Origin: Pelagibacteraceae bacterium AG-337-G06
GTDB taxonomy: Bacteria > Pseudomonadota > Alphaproteobacteria > Pelagibacterales > AG-422-B15
Reading direction: 5' to 3'
Length of the DNA: 64,000 bases
Assembly: GCA_003282175.1 (NCBI GenBank)
Contig: QBZX01000002.1
Span: 50,742 to 114,741 of the forward strand
Position numbers and translations under genes: made by a program. The stretch's first letter is position 1; every line of letters begins with the position of its first letter. Below the pieces are notes generated by a model, which saw nothing but the letters and a program-made list of their open reading frames with translations, was not told where the DNA came from and ran no database searches. Of the stretch, positions 41,045 through 50,553 are shown in pieces.

Positions 41045-42343
41045 ATGAGAAATATTTTCTATATCATTCTACTATCAATATTTGTAATTTTTAGTTGTAC
41101 AAAAAATGAAACTATAGAGGAAAATACTAATAGTTTTTCTATTTTGGCTTATGATGCAGAGGTTTCTGAAACTTTAGGCCTAAATATAGAAGATATAAGA
41201 ATAGATCCTCCAAGAGAAGTAAATTATTGGTCGCAGCATTTTCAGAATCCTGCGAATAATCTGAATAACATATTTTCTTTATCCGCTATTGAAAATAAGA
41301 CAAAGCTTGTTTCTGGATCAAAAGGAGCTCTTAATATAATCCAGCCAATTTATTTTAATGATACAATTTGCTATATTTTACCTAAGGGCTTCCTCGAATG
41401 TAAAAGTCTAAAAAGTAATGAAAAAATATTTTCAATTGATATTAAGGTTAATGGTAATAAAAAATATGAAATTATAAGAGGTGGGCTTGCTTATTTTGAT
41501 AATAAAGTATTACTTGTTGATGCTTATGGGCAGATCTTACTCATTGATGCAAATGATGGCAGTAAAATATGGGAGAAAAAAATTGAATTTTCTATTTTAT
41601 CTCCACCGTTAATTTATAGAAATCAAATTTTATTCATATCATCAGATAATCGATTATTTTCACTTTCTTTTGAGACTGGAGAAGTAGTATGGTCATTTCA
41701 AACAGTGGCAGAAGATAAGAAGAGTCTTATTACAGCGTCACCGATAGCTTTTGAAAACATAATTATTGCTCCTTTTAGCAATGGTGAACTAGTTGCATTC
41801 ACTAATGATACCGGAAGACCTTTGTGGTCAGAAAACGTCTCAAAGATCTCATCATTGAGTAATTTTGATATTAGGGATATTTCTGCTAGCCCAGTCTTAT
41901 TAAATAATACAATTTTTTCAGTTAGCACTAATGGCAAATTGATATCGACAAATGCCATAAATGGAAAAAGGAATTGGGCAATTGATTTATCAGGATACAG
42001 GACACCAACTGTTTCTGGAGGGCAAATATATGTCATTGATGAAGATGGAAAACTTATCTGTCTAAATAAAAATACAGGTGAAGTCTTTTGGATTACAGAA
42101 CTCAACAAATATATAAAAGGTCAAAAAGCAAAGGATCTGAATTTATGGCTAGGTCCATATTTAATAAATAATTTATTATATAATATTTCTTACTTTGGTG
42201 AATTAAAGACTGTATCCCCAATGACAGGCGAAGTTCTGTCAAGTGATAATATAGGTGTGAAAGGTATTATATTACCACCAGTTATATTAAGTAACAAAGT
42301 ATTTATTATGGACGAAAACTCAAATGTCTTCCATTTTGAATAA
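41045..42343 (+). CDS. bamB: BamB-like PQQ beta-propeller lipoprotein
   Basis: Lipobox-like IFSC, repeated G..IW/VVW/PLW/RNW/VFW propeller motifs; yfgM-bamB-der synteny. Confidence 0.8.
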   Translation: MRNIFYIILLSIFVIFSCTKNETIEENTNSFSILAYDAEVSETLGLNIEDIRIDPPREVNYWSQHFQNPANNLNNIFSLSAIENKTKLVSGSKGALNIIQPIYFNDTICYILPKGFLECKSLKSNEKIFSIDIKVNGNKKYEIIRGGLAYFDNKVLLVDAYGQILLIDANDGSKIWEKKIEFSILSPPLIYRNQILFISSDNRLFSLSFETGEVVWSFQTVAEDKKSLITASPIAFENIIIAPFSNGELVAFTNDTGRPLWSENVSKISSLSNFDIRDISASPVLLNNTIFSVSTNGKLISTNAINGKRNWAIDLSGYRTPTVSGGQIYVIDEDGKLICLNKNTGEVFWITELNKYIKGQKAKDLNLWLGPYLINNLLYNISYFGELKTVSPMTGEVLSSDNIGVKGIILPPVILSNKVFIMDENSNVFHFE

Positions 42344-43145
42344 AATAAATTTATGTATTATTGGTAAACCAAATTCAGGTAAATCAACTTTATTTAACTG
42401 CTTACTAGGAAATAGCATTTCTCCAGTTGGTGAAGAATACGGACTCACAAAAAAATTATTTAAAAATAAATTTACTTCATATAGCCACGATTTTACAATT
42501 TTTGATACGCCGGGACTGAGAAGAAAAAGTAAAATTGATGATTTAGACGAAAAGGAAAGAAACAAGGAAGTCATAAAACTTATCGATAGGGTAGACGTAG
42601 TAATTTTGCTCATAGATTCTGTAGAAAATATTACCAAGCAAGACTTTAGGTTGGCTGAAATAGCAATAACAAAAAAAAGGATACTATTTTTTTTGTTTAA
42701 TAAGATGGATCTTATTGACGAAGTTAACAAATTTAAAACTAAAATCGATAAATATTTAAGCAATAATTATAGTCAATATCAGATGATTAATACTGATTTC
42801 ATTTCTGCAGAGAAAAACATCAGAATTAAGAATTTTATAAAAGAAATTATTAAAAAAAATAAACTTGTTCACATTGAAATCACAAAAGCCAATTTAAATA
42901 AATTTCTTAATTATTTAAATAAACTATCAAAATATCCAAAAATTAAAAAAAGAGAAATAAAGCCTAAGTATATTGTGCAATTAAAGGCCAGTTCTCCACT
43001 TTTTAAAGTCTTTATTAATTCAAAAAAGAAAGCGCCTCTTATATTTCAAAGATTTTTTGATAATTCATTTAGGGATTATTTTAAGATAAAAGGAGTACCC
43101 ATTTCTTATAAATTTATAAGCTCCAGCAATCCTTATTCAGACTAA
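42324..43145 (+). CDS. der: Truncated Der/EngA-like GTPase: single G-domain (GD2-like) plus KH-like domain
   Basis: GKPNSGKS (G1), DTPGLRRKSKI (G3, GD2-type), NKMD (G4), FISA (G5), KH-like tail KPKYIVQ....P.FKVF.N......RFF.N.FR..F.IKGVPI....SS.NPY; only 273 aa. Confidence 0.85.
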   Translation: MSSILNKINLCIIGKPNSGKSTLFNCLLGNSISPVGEEYGLTKKLFKNKFTSYSHDFTIFDTPGLRRKSKIDDLDEKERNKEVIKLIDRVDVVILLIDSVENITKQDFRLAEIAITKKRILFFLFNKMDLIDEVNKFKTKIDKYLSNNYSQYQMINTDFISAEKNIRIKNFIKEIIKKNKLVHIEITKANLNKFLNYLNKLSKYPKIKKREIKPKYIVQLKASSPLFKVFINSKKKAPLIFQRFFDNSFRDYFKIKGVPISYKFISSSNPYSD

Positions 43146-43831
43146 AGCTTAATTATCTCACCACTTTTTTCATTCGATAGTAAGAAATTTACAATCGTTC
43201 TTGCTACATCGACTGGTTTTTTTATTTCTTTTTTATTCTCACCAGGCATGATATTTTCTCTAAAATTAGTATTTACCGCACCTGGATAGATAATATTAAC
43301 ATTTATAGAGGTCCCTTTATTTTCATTGGCATAACTTAAGACTAATTCATTTAATGCCGCCATAATTGGTTGATATATACCCCAATATTGGGATTTCATC
43401 TCATCTTTTATTGATGAAATAACTACAAAGTTAGATTTCTTAGAATTTTTCAGCAAAGGGTGAAAATGCTTCATAATTCTAAAATTAGAAACATAGTTTA
43501 ATTTGATAGTGTCATTGAATTCATTTAAATCAATTGACTCTACAGGCGATAGTTTAGTAATTTGACCTGCAGATGAGACAATAATATCTAAAAACTTATC
43601 TTTTTTAAAAATTTCTTCTGAAAGATTTTCAATTACATTAGGTTCACATAAATCAATTGGAACAATTGTACATTCACATCCATTTGAAATTATTTTGTCA
43701 TTTATCTCCTCTAATTTAGACGTATTGCGTGACAAAATATATATGTGTTTAACTGACCTTGACAGCTCTTGAGCAATACTTGCCCCAATTCCAGATGAGG
43801 CGCCTGTAATAAGACAATTAAGAGTTCTCAT
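43142..43831 (-). CDS. SDR-family oxidoreductase (YciK-like) with degenerate catalytic motif
   Basis: TGASSGIG, YWGIYQPIM in place of YWGAYxxSK, PGAVNT.FR...MPGE. Confidence 0.8.
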   Translation of the reverse strand: MRTLNCLITGASSGIGASIAQELSRSVKHIYILSRNTSKLEEINDKIISNGCECTIVPIDLCEPNVIENLSEEIFKKDKFLDIIVSSAGQITKLSPVESIDLNEFNDTIKLNYVSNFRIMKHFHPLLKNSKKSNFVVISSIKDEMKSQYWGIYQPIMAALNELVLSYANENKGTSINVNIIYPGAVNTNFRENIMPGENKKEIKKPVDVARTIVNFLLSNEKSGEIIKL

Positions 43832-43833
43832 GT

Positions 43834-44349
43834 TTATATGTCTATTTCTTCTAAATTTCTTGGCATATGTTCAAAAAAATCTATTCCAATATTTACCATT
43901 TCAGCAAATGAGCTATTGGTCATTAAGTCATTTAACAGAATAGAAGATATATTTTGATTTATAAAAAATAAGGTTATCACAATTACAATATATCCCCTGA
44001 AAATACCCAGGATCCCTCCAAGCCCCATATCAACAAAACCTTTTTTTTTAGGTTGTAAAAATCCAATAATAAGTCTCAGTAGGAATGAAAAAAATATATA
44101 TGAGGTTATTAGTGTAATTAGAAATATTGTTATATCAGATAAAGTCTCATTAGTAATATACTGATCTGCAACAGGTCTTAATAATTTAAAACAATTTTTA
44201 AGTATAAAAAATATTAATATCCATTTGATTAAATTAAAAAAACTCTTTAATAATCCATTTTTAGTGCCAAAAAAAATTGATATCAAACAAATGATCAGGA
44301 AAGAAATATCAAAAGTATTGAGAAATTGAGAATAATTAAGGTCGTTCAT
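43834..44349 (-). CDS. cvpA: CvpA family membrane protein
   Basis: FD......ISI.FG..NGL.K, D..LG.ILG..RG; four TM helices. Confidence 0.8.
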   Translation of the reverse strand: MNDLNYSQFLNTFDISFLIICLISIFFGTKNGLLKSFFNLIKWILIFFILKNCFKLLRPVADQYITNETLSDITIFLITLITSYIFFSFLLRLIIGFLQPKKKGFVDMGLGGILGIFRGYIVIVITLFFINQNISSILLNDLMTNSSFAEMVNIGIDFFEHMPRNLEEIDI

Positions 44350-46786
44350 TTAATGAATTTTTATTAAAGTATCCGAGCAATATCGGCAATATAGTAAGAC
44401 TTCCTACTAAAGCAATTAACATTGCAAGTGCTGTAAATGCTCCAAAATATATTGTAGGGTAAAAATTAGAAAATATTAAAATTGAGAAACCTGCCATAAT
44501 AGTTATTGAAGTATTTTTGATTGCAGTGCTCACTGTTTTTTGGCAGTTATTGACCGCATATGTGTGTGAGCCAGTAATTGCAACATATTCACGATACCTA
44601 TAAACATAATGTATGCAATTATCTACCGCTATCCCAATCGTAATAGAAGCAATTGTAATTGTCATTAAATCCAGGGGTATATTCAATAAGCCCATGCTAC
44701 CCAATATAACAAAACAGGCTACTAAATTTGGTATCAAAGCAGCTAAAGCTATTTTAAAGGATCGGAATAAAATAATTAATATAATAAATATTCCCATTAA
44801 AACAATTCCCAAAGATTTAATTTGAGAGTCAAAAAGACTTTGTAACATGTTATTGTACAAAATTAATATTCCAGTAAGACTTACTTCAATATTCTGATTG
44901 TTATAATTTGACTCCATATGCTCTCTAAGCTCATTAACAAAATCTGCTCTTTTTAATTCTGGGTGAGTGTCGATTACACGAAGAGATATTCTCGCTTGAT
45001 CTTTATCTATCAACACATAGGGTTTTAAAATTTGATCTTTAATTTCTTGCGGTAATTTTTTGTACAAAACTGAAAGTTCGAGAGTGTCAAATTCTTCATT
45101 TAAATTAAGTTTTTCTGCAGTTCTTATAATGGATGCCAACGAAAGTACTTTACCCACAAAATCATACGATTCTAGATAGTCATGAATACTTTTAACACTA
45201 TCAATTTTTTCTTTAGTAAACCAATAGTCTGCAGGATCATAATCTATACCAAAATCCATAAAATCTTCCTCATCAAAAGATAAATCATCACTTGTTTCAT
45301 CTTTGAACTGAATAATAATATCTAAGGGAGTTGTCCCACCCAATTGTTCATCAATCAATTTCATCCCTTTATATATTTCAGTATCTTCTTTAAAGTAATT
45401 AACAAAACTATTTTCTACTTTAAGAGTACTTGCTCCATATATGCCGATAGCAAACAAGGATGAAAAAAACAATAATGTTAATACTGGGAATTTGATCGAT
45501 AAGAAAGAAAATACATCTTTACTATTATTTTTATCTAATAGTGCAGTTCCTTTTAAATTTAAGACTGATATCAAAATTGGTAAGAAAATAAAACTGCATA
45601 AATATGTGATAGTTAGGCCCATACACATCATAAGGCCAAAGTCCATAACCGGTTTAATTCCACTTGTGTAAAGTGATCCAAATGCAAAAATAGTTGTTAG
45701 AGCAGCAAATAGGCAAGGCTTATACATTTTTCCTAGAGTATGTAAAATGTTTTGATTAATTGTAGATTTTCCCTCCTCTAAACTTATTTGTCGATACCTT
45801 ACAACTATATGTACGGTCATTGATAAAGATAAGATCAAAATAAGCATGATAAAGTTTGATGAAATAACGGTCACTTTCCATCCAAGTAGTGAAATAGACC
45901 CGATCATTATTATTAAAATAAATATGCAATTAGCTATACATGCAATCATCCACAAAGGGCTTCTAAAAACAAGATAGAGCACAATTAATATAAAAATAAA
46001 GGCTCCAATACCGAAAATAATAATATCATTTTTTACGAATGCGATAGTATCATTAGCAATCATTGAAACTCCACCTAGATGAATTTTAATATTGTTATCT
46101 TCGAATTGCTCAATTATTGTTCTGACAGTTAAAATGTTATTTTCTCTCTCGTTATCTTGTTTCTTTTTTTCAATTTCATATCTGAGATCTAATTGAGATA
46201 ATAGCTCAAGCTCAGCAACATTTTTTTTATTTAATTCATTAAGCCTTATTCTTTCATTTACTATTGTATTGAAATTAAGATTTTTTTTTAGATTAATTAG
46301 TAAGCCTGTTGTGGTTGCATCTTCACTAATAATTAAGTTTTTGAAAATTGGACTGTTAAGTAATTCTATTTCTGCATCAGCAATATTTACTTGTGGTGAT
46401 TTAATTGTAATTATTTCATTTACGAGATCTGACAAAGATTGATTATTAATTTCTAATAATGGTGCGTCAAAAATTGATTGAGTTGATTCAACAAACGGAA
46501 GCTTATCAATTTCTAAAATAAAAGAATTTAAAAAATCAAGATTTTTCTTTGTAATAAATTTTTGTTTTGATGTGAAAGTAACAATTAAAAAATCACTTGA
46601 ATCATAGTCCTTGATTAGCTGTTGATATTTTTTTAAATCATCATCTTGTTCTAAAATGAGAGTATCAGAAGATGCGTCAAGCTGAAAATTATCAGAGTTA
46701 AATAGGAAAATAAATGCAACTGCTAAAAGTAGAAACAGAGATAATTTTGAATAATTATCAAGAATTGACGAAAAGATTTTTTCCAT
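44336..46786 (-). CDS. MMPL/RND-superfamily transporter
   Basis: 816 aa with two membrane repeats; FQLDASSDTL, GGVSMIAND, ENSFVNYFK..TEIY.GM..ID..LGGTTPL, GIAVDNCIHY. Confidence 0.88.
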   Translation of the reverse strand: MEKIFSSILDNYSKLSLFLLLAVAFIFLFNSDNFQLDASSDTLILEQDDDLKKYQQLIKDYDSSDFLIVTFTSKQKFITKKNLDFLNSFILEIDKLPFVESTQSIFDAPLLEINNQSLSDLVNEIITIKSPQVNIADAEIELLNSPIFKNLIISEDATTTGLLINLKKNLNFNTIVNERIRLNELNKKNVAELELLSQLDLRYEIEKKKQDNERENNILTVRTIIEQFEDNNIKIHLGGVSMIANDTIAFVKNDIIIFGIGAFIFILIVLYLVFRSPLWMIACIANCIFILIIMIGSISLLGWKVTVISSNFIMLILILSLSMTVHIVVRYRQISLEEGKSTINQNILHTLGKMYKPCLFAALTTIFAFGSLYTSGIKPVMDFGLMMCMGLTITYLCSFIFLPILISVLNLKGTALLDKNNSKDVFSFLSIKFPVLTLLFFSSLFAIGIYGASTLKVENSFVNYFKEDTEIYKGMKLIDEQLGGTTPLDIIIQFKDETSDDLSFDEEDFMDFGIDYDPADYWFTKEKIDSVKSIHDYLESYDFVGKVLSLASIIRTAEKLNLNEEFDTLELSVLYKKLPQEIKDQILKPYVLIDKDQARISLRVIDTHPELKRADFVNELREHMESNYNNQNIEVSLTGILILYNNMLQSLFDSQIKSLGIVLMGIFIILIILFRSFKIALAALIPNLVACFVILGSMGLLNIPLDLMTITIASITIGIAVDNCIHYVYRYREYVAITGSHTYAVNNCQKTVSTAIKNTSITIMAGFSILIFSNFYPTIYFGAFTALAMLIALVGSLTILPILLGYFNKNSLNERP

Positions 46787-46789
46787 TAC

Positions 46790-47890
46790 TTATGAAATAT
46801 ATCTTCTTTGATATCTTTTGCCTAGGCTTGTTAAAATTTCATACGGTATTGTATTTATGCTCTGACAAACTGTATTGATAGGGTTCTTATTCCCAATAAA
46901 TTCAAACTCTTTATTAGCTAAATGTTTTAAATTTATAAAATTTGTTAAATCAACTGTTACCAAGTCCATTGAGACTCTCCCAATTAAGTTAATGCGTCTA
47001 TTATCTAAATAAATTTTACAATTATTTGAAAAGAGTCTACTAAATCCATCACCATAACCAATGGCAAAAGTACCTACTTTCATCTTTTTCTTTGCTATAA
47101 ATGTAGCTCCATAGCCTACAGTATCTCCTTTATTTATTTCCCTTGTCTGTATTAATTTGCTTTTTAAAGAAACTACATTTTTGTAATGTTTTCTCTCTCT
47201 AATTTGACAGTTGCCTCCATAAAGAGATATTCCTGGTCTAACCATATCAAGATGATATTTTTTACCGAGCAAAACCCCGCCAGAGTTCGATATGCTGTGC
47301 AGACAATTTGGAAAGTGTTTTCTTATTTTATCAAATTCCTTTAATTGAGTTTGATTTTTTTTGTTTTTTGGGTCATCAGCACAAGCTAAATGGCTCATAA
47401 TTAGAACAAGATCTGAATTTTTAATTAATTTTGATTTATTTGTTATTAGACTTCTAGTTTCATTTTTATCTAAACCAAGTCTCGACATGCCAGTATCAAA
47501 ATGAATTACAATTTTGAGTTTTTTATTATATTTACTTTGGTAGCGCTCTATTTTCTTGAGTTGTTTTAAATTATTGATTACTGGTATTAGTTTATACTTA
47601 CTTATTATATTTAAATCATCTAAAACTAAACCATTAAGAATATATACTTCTACTTTCTTAGTTATTTTTCTAATTTCCATAGCTTCATCAGTAGATGCTA
47701 CAAAAAAGTGCTTGCATTTTGATCTTACTAGCTCGGGTAGAACTTTCTTAACTCCCAGGCCATATGCATTTGATTTTACAGTAGCTGCAACTATACAATT
47801 TTTGGTTACGTTTTTTTTGATTTTTAAGTAATTGTCACTTAGGGATTTTAAGTCAATATCTAAAAAAGTATTTTGATCAATATTCTTCAT
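46790..47890 (-). CDS. alr: Alanine racemase
   Basis: PLP-lysine motif VKSNAYGLG, HFDTGMSRLG, MSHLACAD, VRPGISLYG, VGYG, GRVSMD, TIPYEILT.LG.R. Confidence 0.96.
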   Translation of the reverse strand: MKNIDQNTFLDIDLKSLSDNYLKIKKNVTKNCIVAATVKSNAYGLGVKKVLPELVRSKCKHFFVASTDEAMEIRKITKKVEVYILNGLVLDDLNIISKYKLIPVINNLKQLKKIERYQSKYNKKLKIVIHFDTGMSRLGLDKNETRSLITNKSKLIKNSDLVLIMSHLACADDPKNKKNQTQLKEFDKIRKHFPNCLHSISNSGGVLLGKKYHLDMVRPGISLYGGNCQIRERKHYKNVVSLKSKLIQTREINKGDTVGYGATFIAKKKMKVGTFAIGYGDGFSRLFSNNCKIYLDNRRINLIGRVSMDLVTVDLTNFINLKHLANKEFEFIGNKNPINTVCQSINTIPYEILTSLGKRYQRRYIS

Positions 47891-47901
47891 TTCGAAAGAC
47901 C

Positions 47902-49359
47902 TTACTCATAATTGCTTGAGTGATCTTTGCTAACAAAGTTTCCAAACTTTGTAAACTTACTTTCAAAGCTTAGTCTTATATTTCCTGTTGGTCCATGTCT
48001 TTGTTTTGATATGAGAAGTTCGGCTTGACCATGAATTTCATCCATTTTTTGCTGCCATTCAATGTAATCTGCGGTACCAAGAGCAGGCTCACTTTTTTCT
48101 AAATAGTATTCTTCTCTATAAATAAACATTACTACATCAGAGTCTTGCTCAATAGAACCTGACTCTCTTAGATCCGATAATAATGGCTTCTTATCTTCCC
48201 TTTGTTCAACCTGCCTAGATAATTGTGATAATGCTATAACAGGAATATTCATTTCTTTTGCTAAAGCTTTAAGGCCTTGTGTTATTTCTGAAAGTTCAAG
48301 AACTCGAGACTCATTTCTTGATATCTTACTTGGCCTCAATAATTGCAAATAATCTATAACAATTGCGCCAAGACCGTGTTTTCGCTTAAGCCTTCTTGCT
48401 CTAGAGGCAAGCGTTCCAATATTGATAGCGGGTGTGTCGTCAATGAATAGAGGTATCTCCAATATTTTTTTTGATACTGACACTAAATTATCTAAATCAT
48501 TTTCTGATAAATCACCTTTTCTCATATCATTAGAACTTATTCTTGCCTCTTCAGATAAAATTCTTCTTGCTAGTTGTTCTGATGACATTTCAAGTGAAAA
48601 GAATAGAACACTTGAATCCATATCATTATTATTATGAGCTTCTTTTGCCACATTAAATGCTATATTTGTGGCTAAAGCTGTTTTTCCCATAGATGGTCTT
48701 CCGGCAATTATGATAAGGTCAGATGAATGAAATCCTCCTAATTTAGCGTCAAGATCCCTAAATCCAGAAGATAGGCCAATCACGCTTGTATCCTTCTTAA
48801 ATGCTTTAGTTGTCAGCTCTATAGCCTCTTCAATTGAACTTCTAAATGATTGAACCTTGTTTTTTGTAGTCCCTTTTTCTGATATCTGATATAAATCTTT
48901 TTCTGCATCTTCTATGAGATCTCCAGGTTTTACATCCATATCACTTTCAATAGCATCATGTTGAACCTTGCCTCCAAGCTCATAAAGTCCTCTTCTTACA
49001 GCCATATCGTAAATTATTTGAGCATAGCTCTTCGCATATTCTAGAGAAACTGCTGAATTTGCAAGTCTAAATAGGTAATTTGCTCCACCTATTTCTTCTA
49101 GATTTTTTTCAATTTCAAAATAACTCTGCAAAGTAATCGGTGATGCAATCTGACCTTTAGAAATCATTTTATGTATTACTTCAAATATAACTCTATGAAC
49201 TGGTTCATAGAAATGTTCTGAATTTACTATTTCAGTTACATCGTAGAATATTTCATTATTAATTAGTATAGCGCCAAGTAAACCTTGTTCAGCTTCCAAG
49301 TTGTGTGGAAGCTGTTTGGAAGAAATATTATTGGATTGGATTTGAAATGTATTGGACAT
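47902..49359 (-). CDS. dnaB: Replicative DNA helicase
   Basis: PHNLEAEQ.LLG, AGRPSMGKT, FSLEMS, IDYLQL, LSQLSR.VE.R.DK.P.LSDLRESGSIEQD, KQRHGP.G; no intein. Confidence 0.98.
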   Translation of the reverse strand: MSNTFQIQSNNISSKQLPHNLEAEQGLLGAILINNEIFYDVTEIVNSEHFYEPVHRVIFEVIHKMISKGQIASPITLQSYFEIEKNLEEIGGANYLFRLANSAVSLEYAKSYAQIIYDMAVRRGLYELGGKVQHDAIESDMDVKPGDLIEDAEKDLYQISEKGTTKNKVQSFRSSIEEAIELTTKAFKKDTSVIGLSSGFRDLDAKLGGFHSSDLIIIAGRPSMGKTALATNIAFNVAKEAHNNNDMDSSVLFFSLEMSSEQLARRILSEEARISSNDMRKGDLSENDLDNLVSVSKKILEIPLFIDDTPAINIGTLASRARRLKRKHGLGAIVIDYLQLLRPSKISRNESRVLELSEITQGLKALAKEMNIPVIALSQLSRQVEQREDKKPLLSDLRESGSIEQDSDVVMFIYREEYYLEKSEPALGTADYIEWQQKMDEIHGQAELLISKQRHGPTGNIRLSFESKFTKFGNFVSKDHSSNYE

Positions 49360-49388
49360 TGAGTAAATAAATATGAATTGCTAGAAAT

Positions 49389-49420
49389 TGTCAGTATTTT
49401 AATGATAAAAGATACTAACA
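49389..49420 (-). terminator. Possible hairpin between rplI and dnaB
   Basis: Minus strand reads TGTTAGTAT...ATACTGACA, a 9-bp stem with one G-U pair, AT-rich, with a weak U tract. Confidence 0.3.
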
Positions 49421-49508
49421 GGATTAAAATAATGTTAATATATTCTTAGGCTTTATAAAGAGTATTATGTTTGCCTTTTAAATCTTTGAAATTGGTAAAG
49501 AATTATGA

Positions 49509-49955
49509 TTAAGTTTTTTTTGTTATTTCAAGGTGAAGATTAGCCTTAACATCCTCATATAAGCTTATCTGTATTTCAGTTTCACCTAATTTTTTTATTG
49601 GATCAAGAATTAATGCGTCAGGTGAAATCTTTATTTCAAGTAAAGTAAATAAGCTCTCACTTATAGATTTATGACTAACTGCACCATAGAGGCTACCATC
49701 ATCGTTTGCTTCCATCTGTATTGAAATTTTCTTACCATCTAGTTTTGCTTTAAGCTCATTAGCCTCAACAATTTTTTTATCATTATTAGAGTTTATTTGA
49801 GTGATACGATTTTCTAAATCAGCTTTATTTTTCTTATTGGCAATAATTGCTTTTTTCCCAGGTATCAAGAAATTTTTTGCAAAGCCATCTTTAACCGTGA
49901 CAATCTCACCAGCTTTTCCTAATTTATTTAGTGATTCTAAAAGAATAATTTCCAT
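49509..49955 (-). CDS. rplI: 50S ribosomal protein L9
   Basis: MEIILLE...KLG..GEIVTVKDGFAKNFLIP, G.LYGAV, PIK.LG. Confidence 0.96.
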   Translation of the reverse strand: MEIILLESLNKLGKAGEIVTVKDGFAKNFLIPGKKAIIANKKNKADLENRITQINSNNDKKIVEANELKAKLDGKKISIQMEANDDGSLYGAVSHKSISESLFTLLEIKISPDALILDPIKKLGETEIQISLYEDVKANLHLEITKKT

Positions 49956-50155
49956 TACCGACCTGTATATGGCAATAACGCTAGATATCTTGCTCTTTTA
50001 ATTGCATTTGAAAGATCTTTTTGTTTCTTTATTGAAATATAACTTATTCTCCTGGGGGTAATTTTTCCTTTTTCAGAAATAAATTTTCTTAGAGAGGAAA
50101 GATCTTTATAGTCAAAAGAAGAAGTATTGTTTTTTGTATTATTGTCCATAACCAT
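49955..50155 (-). CDS. rpsR: 30S ribosomal protein S18
   Basis: DYKD...[15 protein letters not shown]......[15 protein letters not shown]. Confidence 0.95.
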   Translation of the reverse strand: MVMDNNTKNNTSSFDYKDLSSLRKFISEKGKITPRRISYISIKKQKDLSNAIKRARYLALLPYTGR

Positions 50156-50481
50156 TATTCATTTTCTTTAATCATTAAAGTAGGAGTTTCACTAAATGAT
50201 TTAACTTTTATTGATAAATATCTGATAACATTTTCATTTAGATTTAATTTTGAGTTCATTAAATCAATATTTTCTTGAGGCATTTCAATATTCATAAATT
50301 CATAAAATGCTTTTTTATTGTTTTTGATAGGATAAGCTAGATTTCTCATACCCCAGCTTTCTTGATAGATGATACTGCCTTTTAGTTCAGAGACTAAGTC
50401 TGTATGATTTTTTAGCTCGCTAGAAAGTTCGTTTGAACTTAAACTTTGTTTAAGTATTATCACATGTTCAAAAAGAGCCAT
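50155..50481 (-). CDS. rpsF: 30S ribosomal protein S6
   Basis: [29 protein letters not shown]. Confidence 0.95.
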   Translation of the reverse strand: MALFEHVIILKQSLSSNELSSELKNHTDLVSELKGSIIYQESWGMRNLAYPIKNNKKAFYEFMNIEMPQENIDLMNSKLNLNENVIRYLSIKVKSFSETPTLMIKENE

Positions 50482-50553
50482 AAATTAGTCATATTTATTA
50501 TTAAAGTCCGAATAAATATTCTATAATTAGCCATTAAGCAAGCATTCTTTTAA

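Noticed and set aside
47902-49359. Intein in DnaB (or in RecA)
   Set aside because: Both proteins are normal length with contiguous motifs.
49424-49438. TTAA-N7-TTAA CtrA-like box upstream of dnaB
   Set aside because: An all-A/T motif is expected many times by chance at this base composition; there is no supporting evidence.
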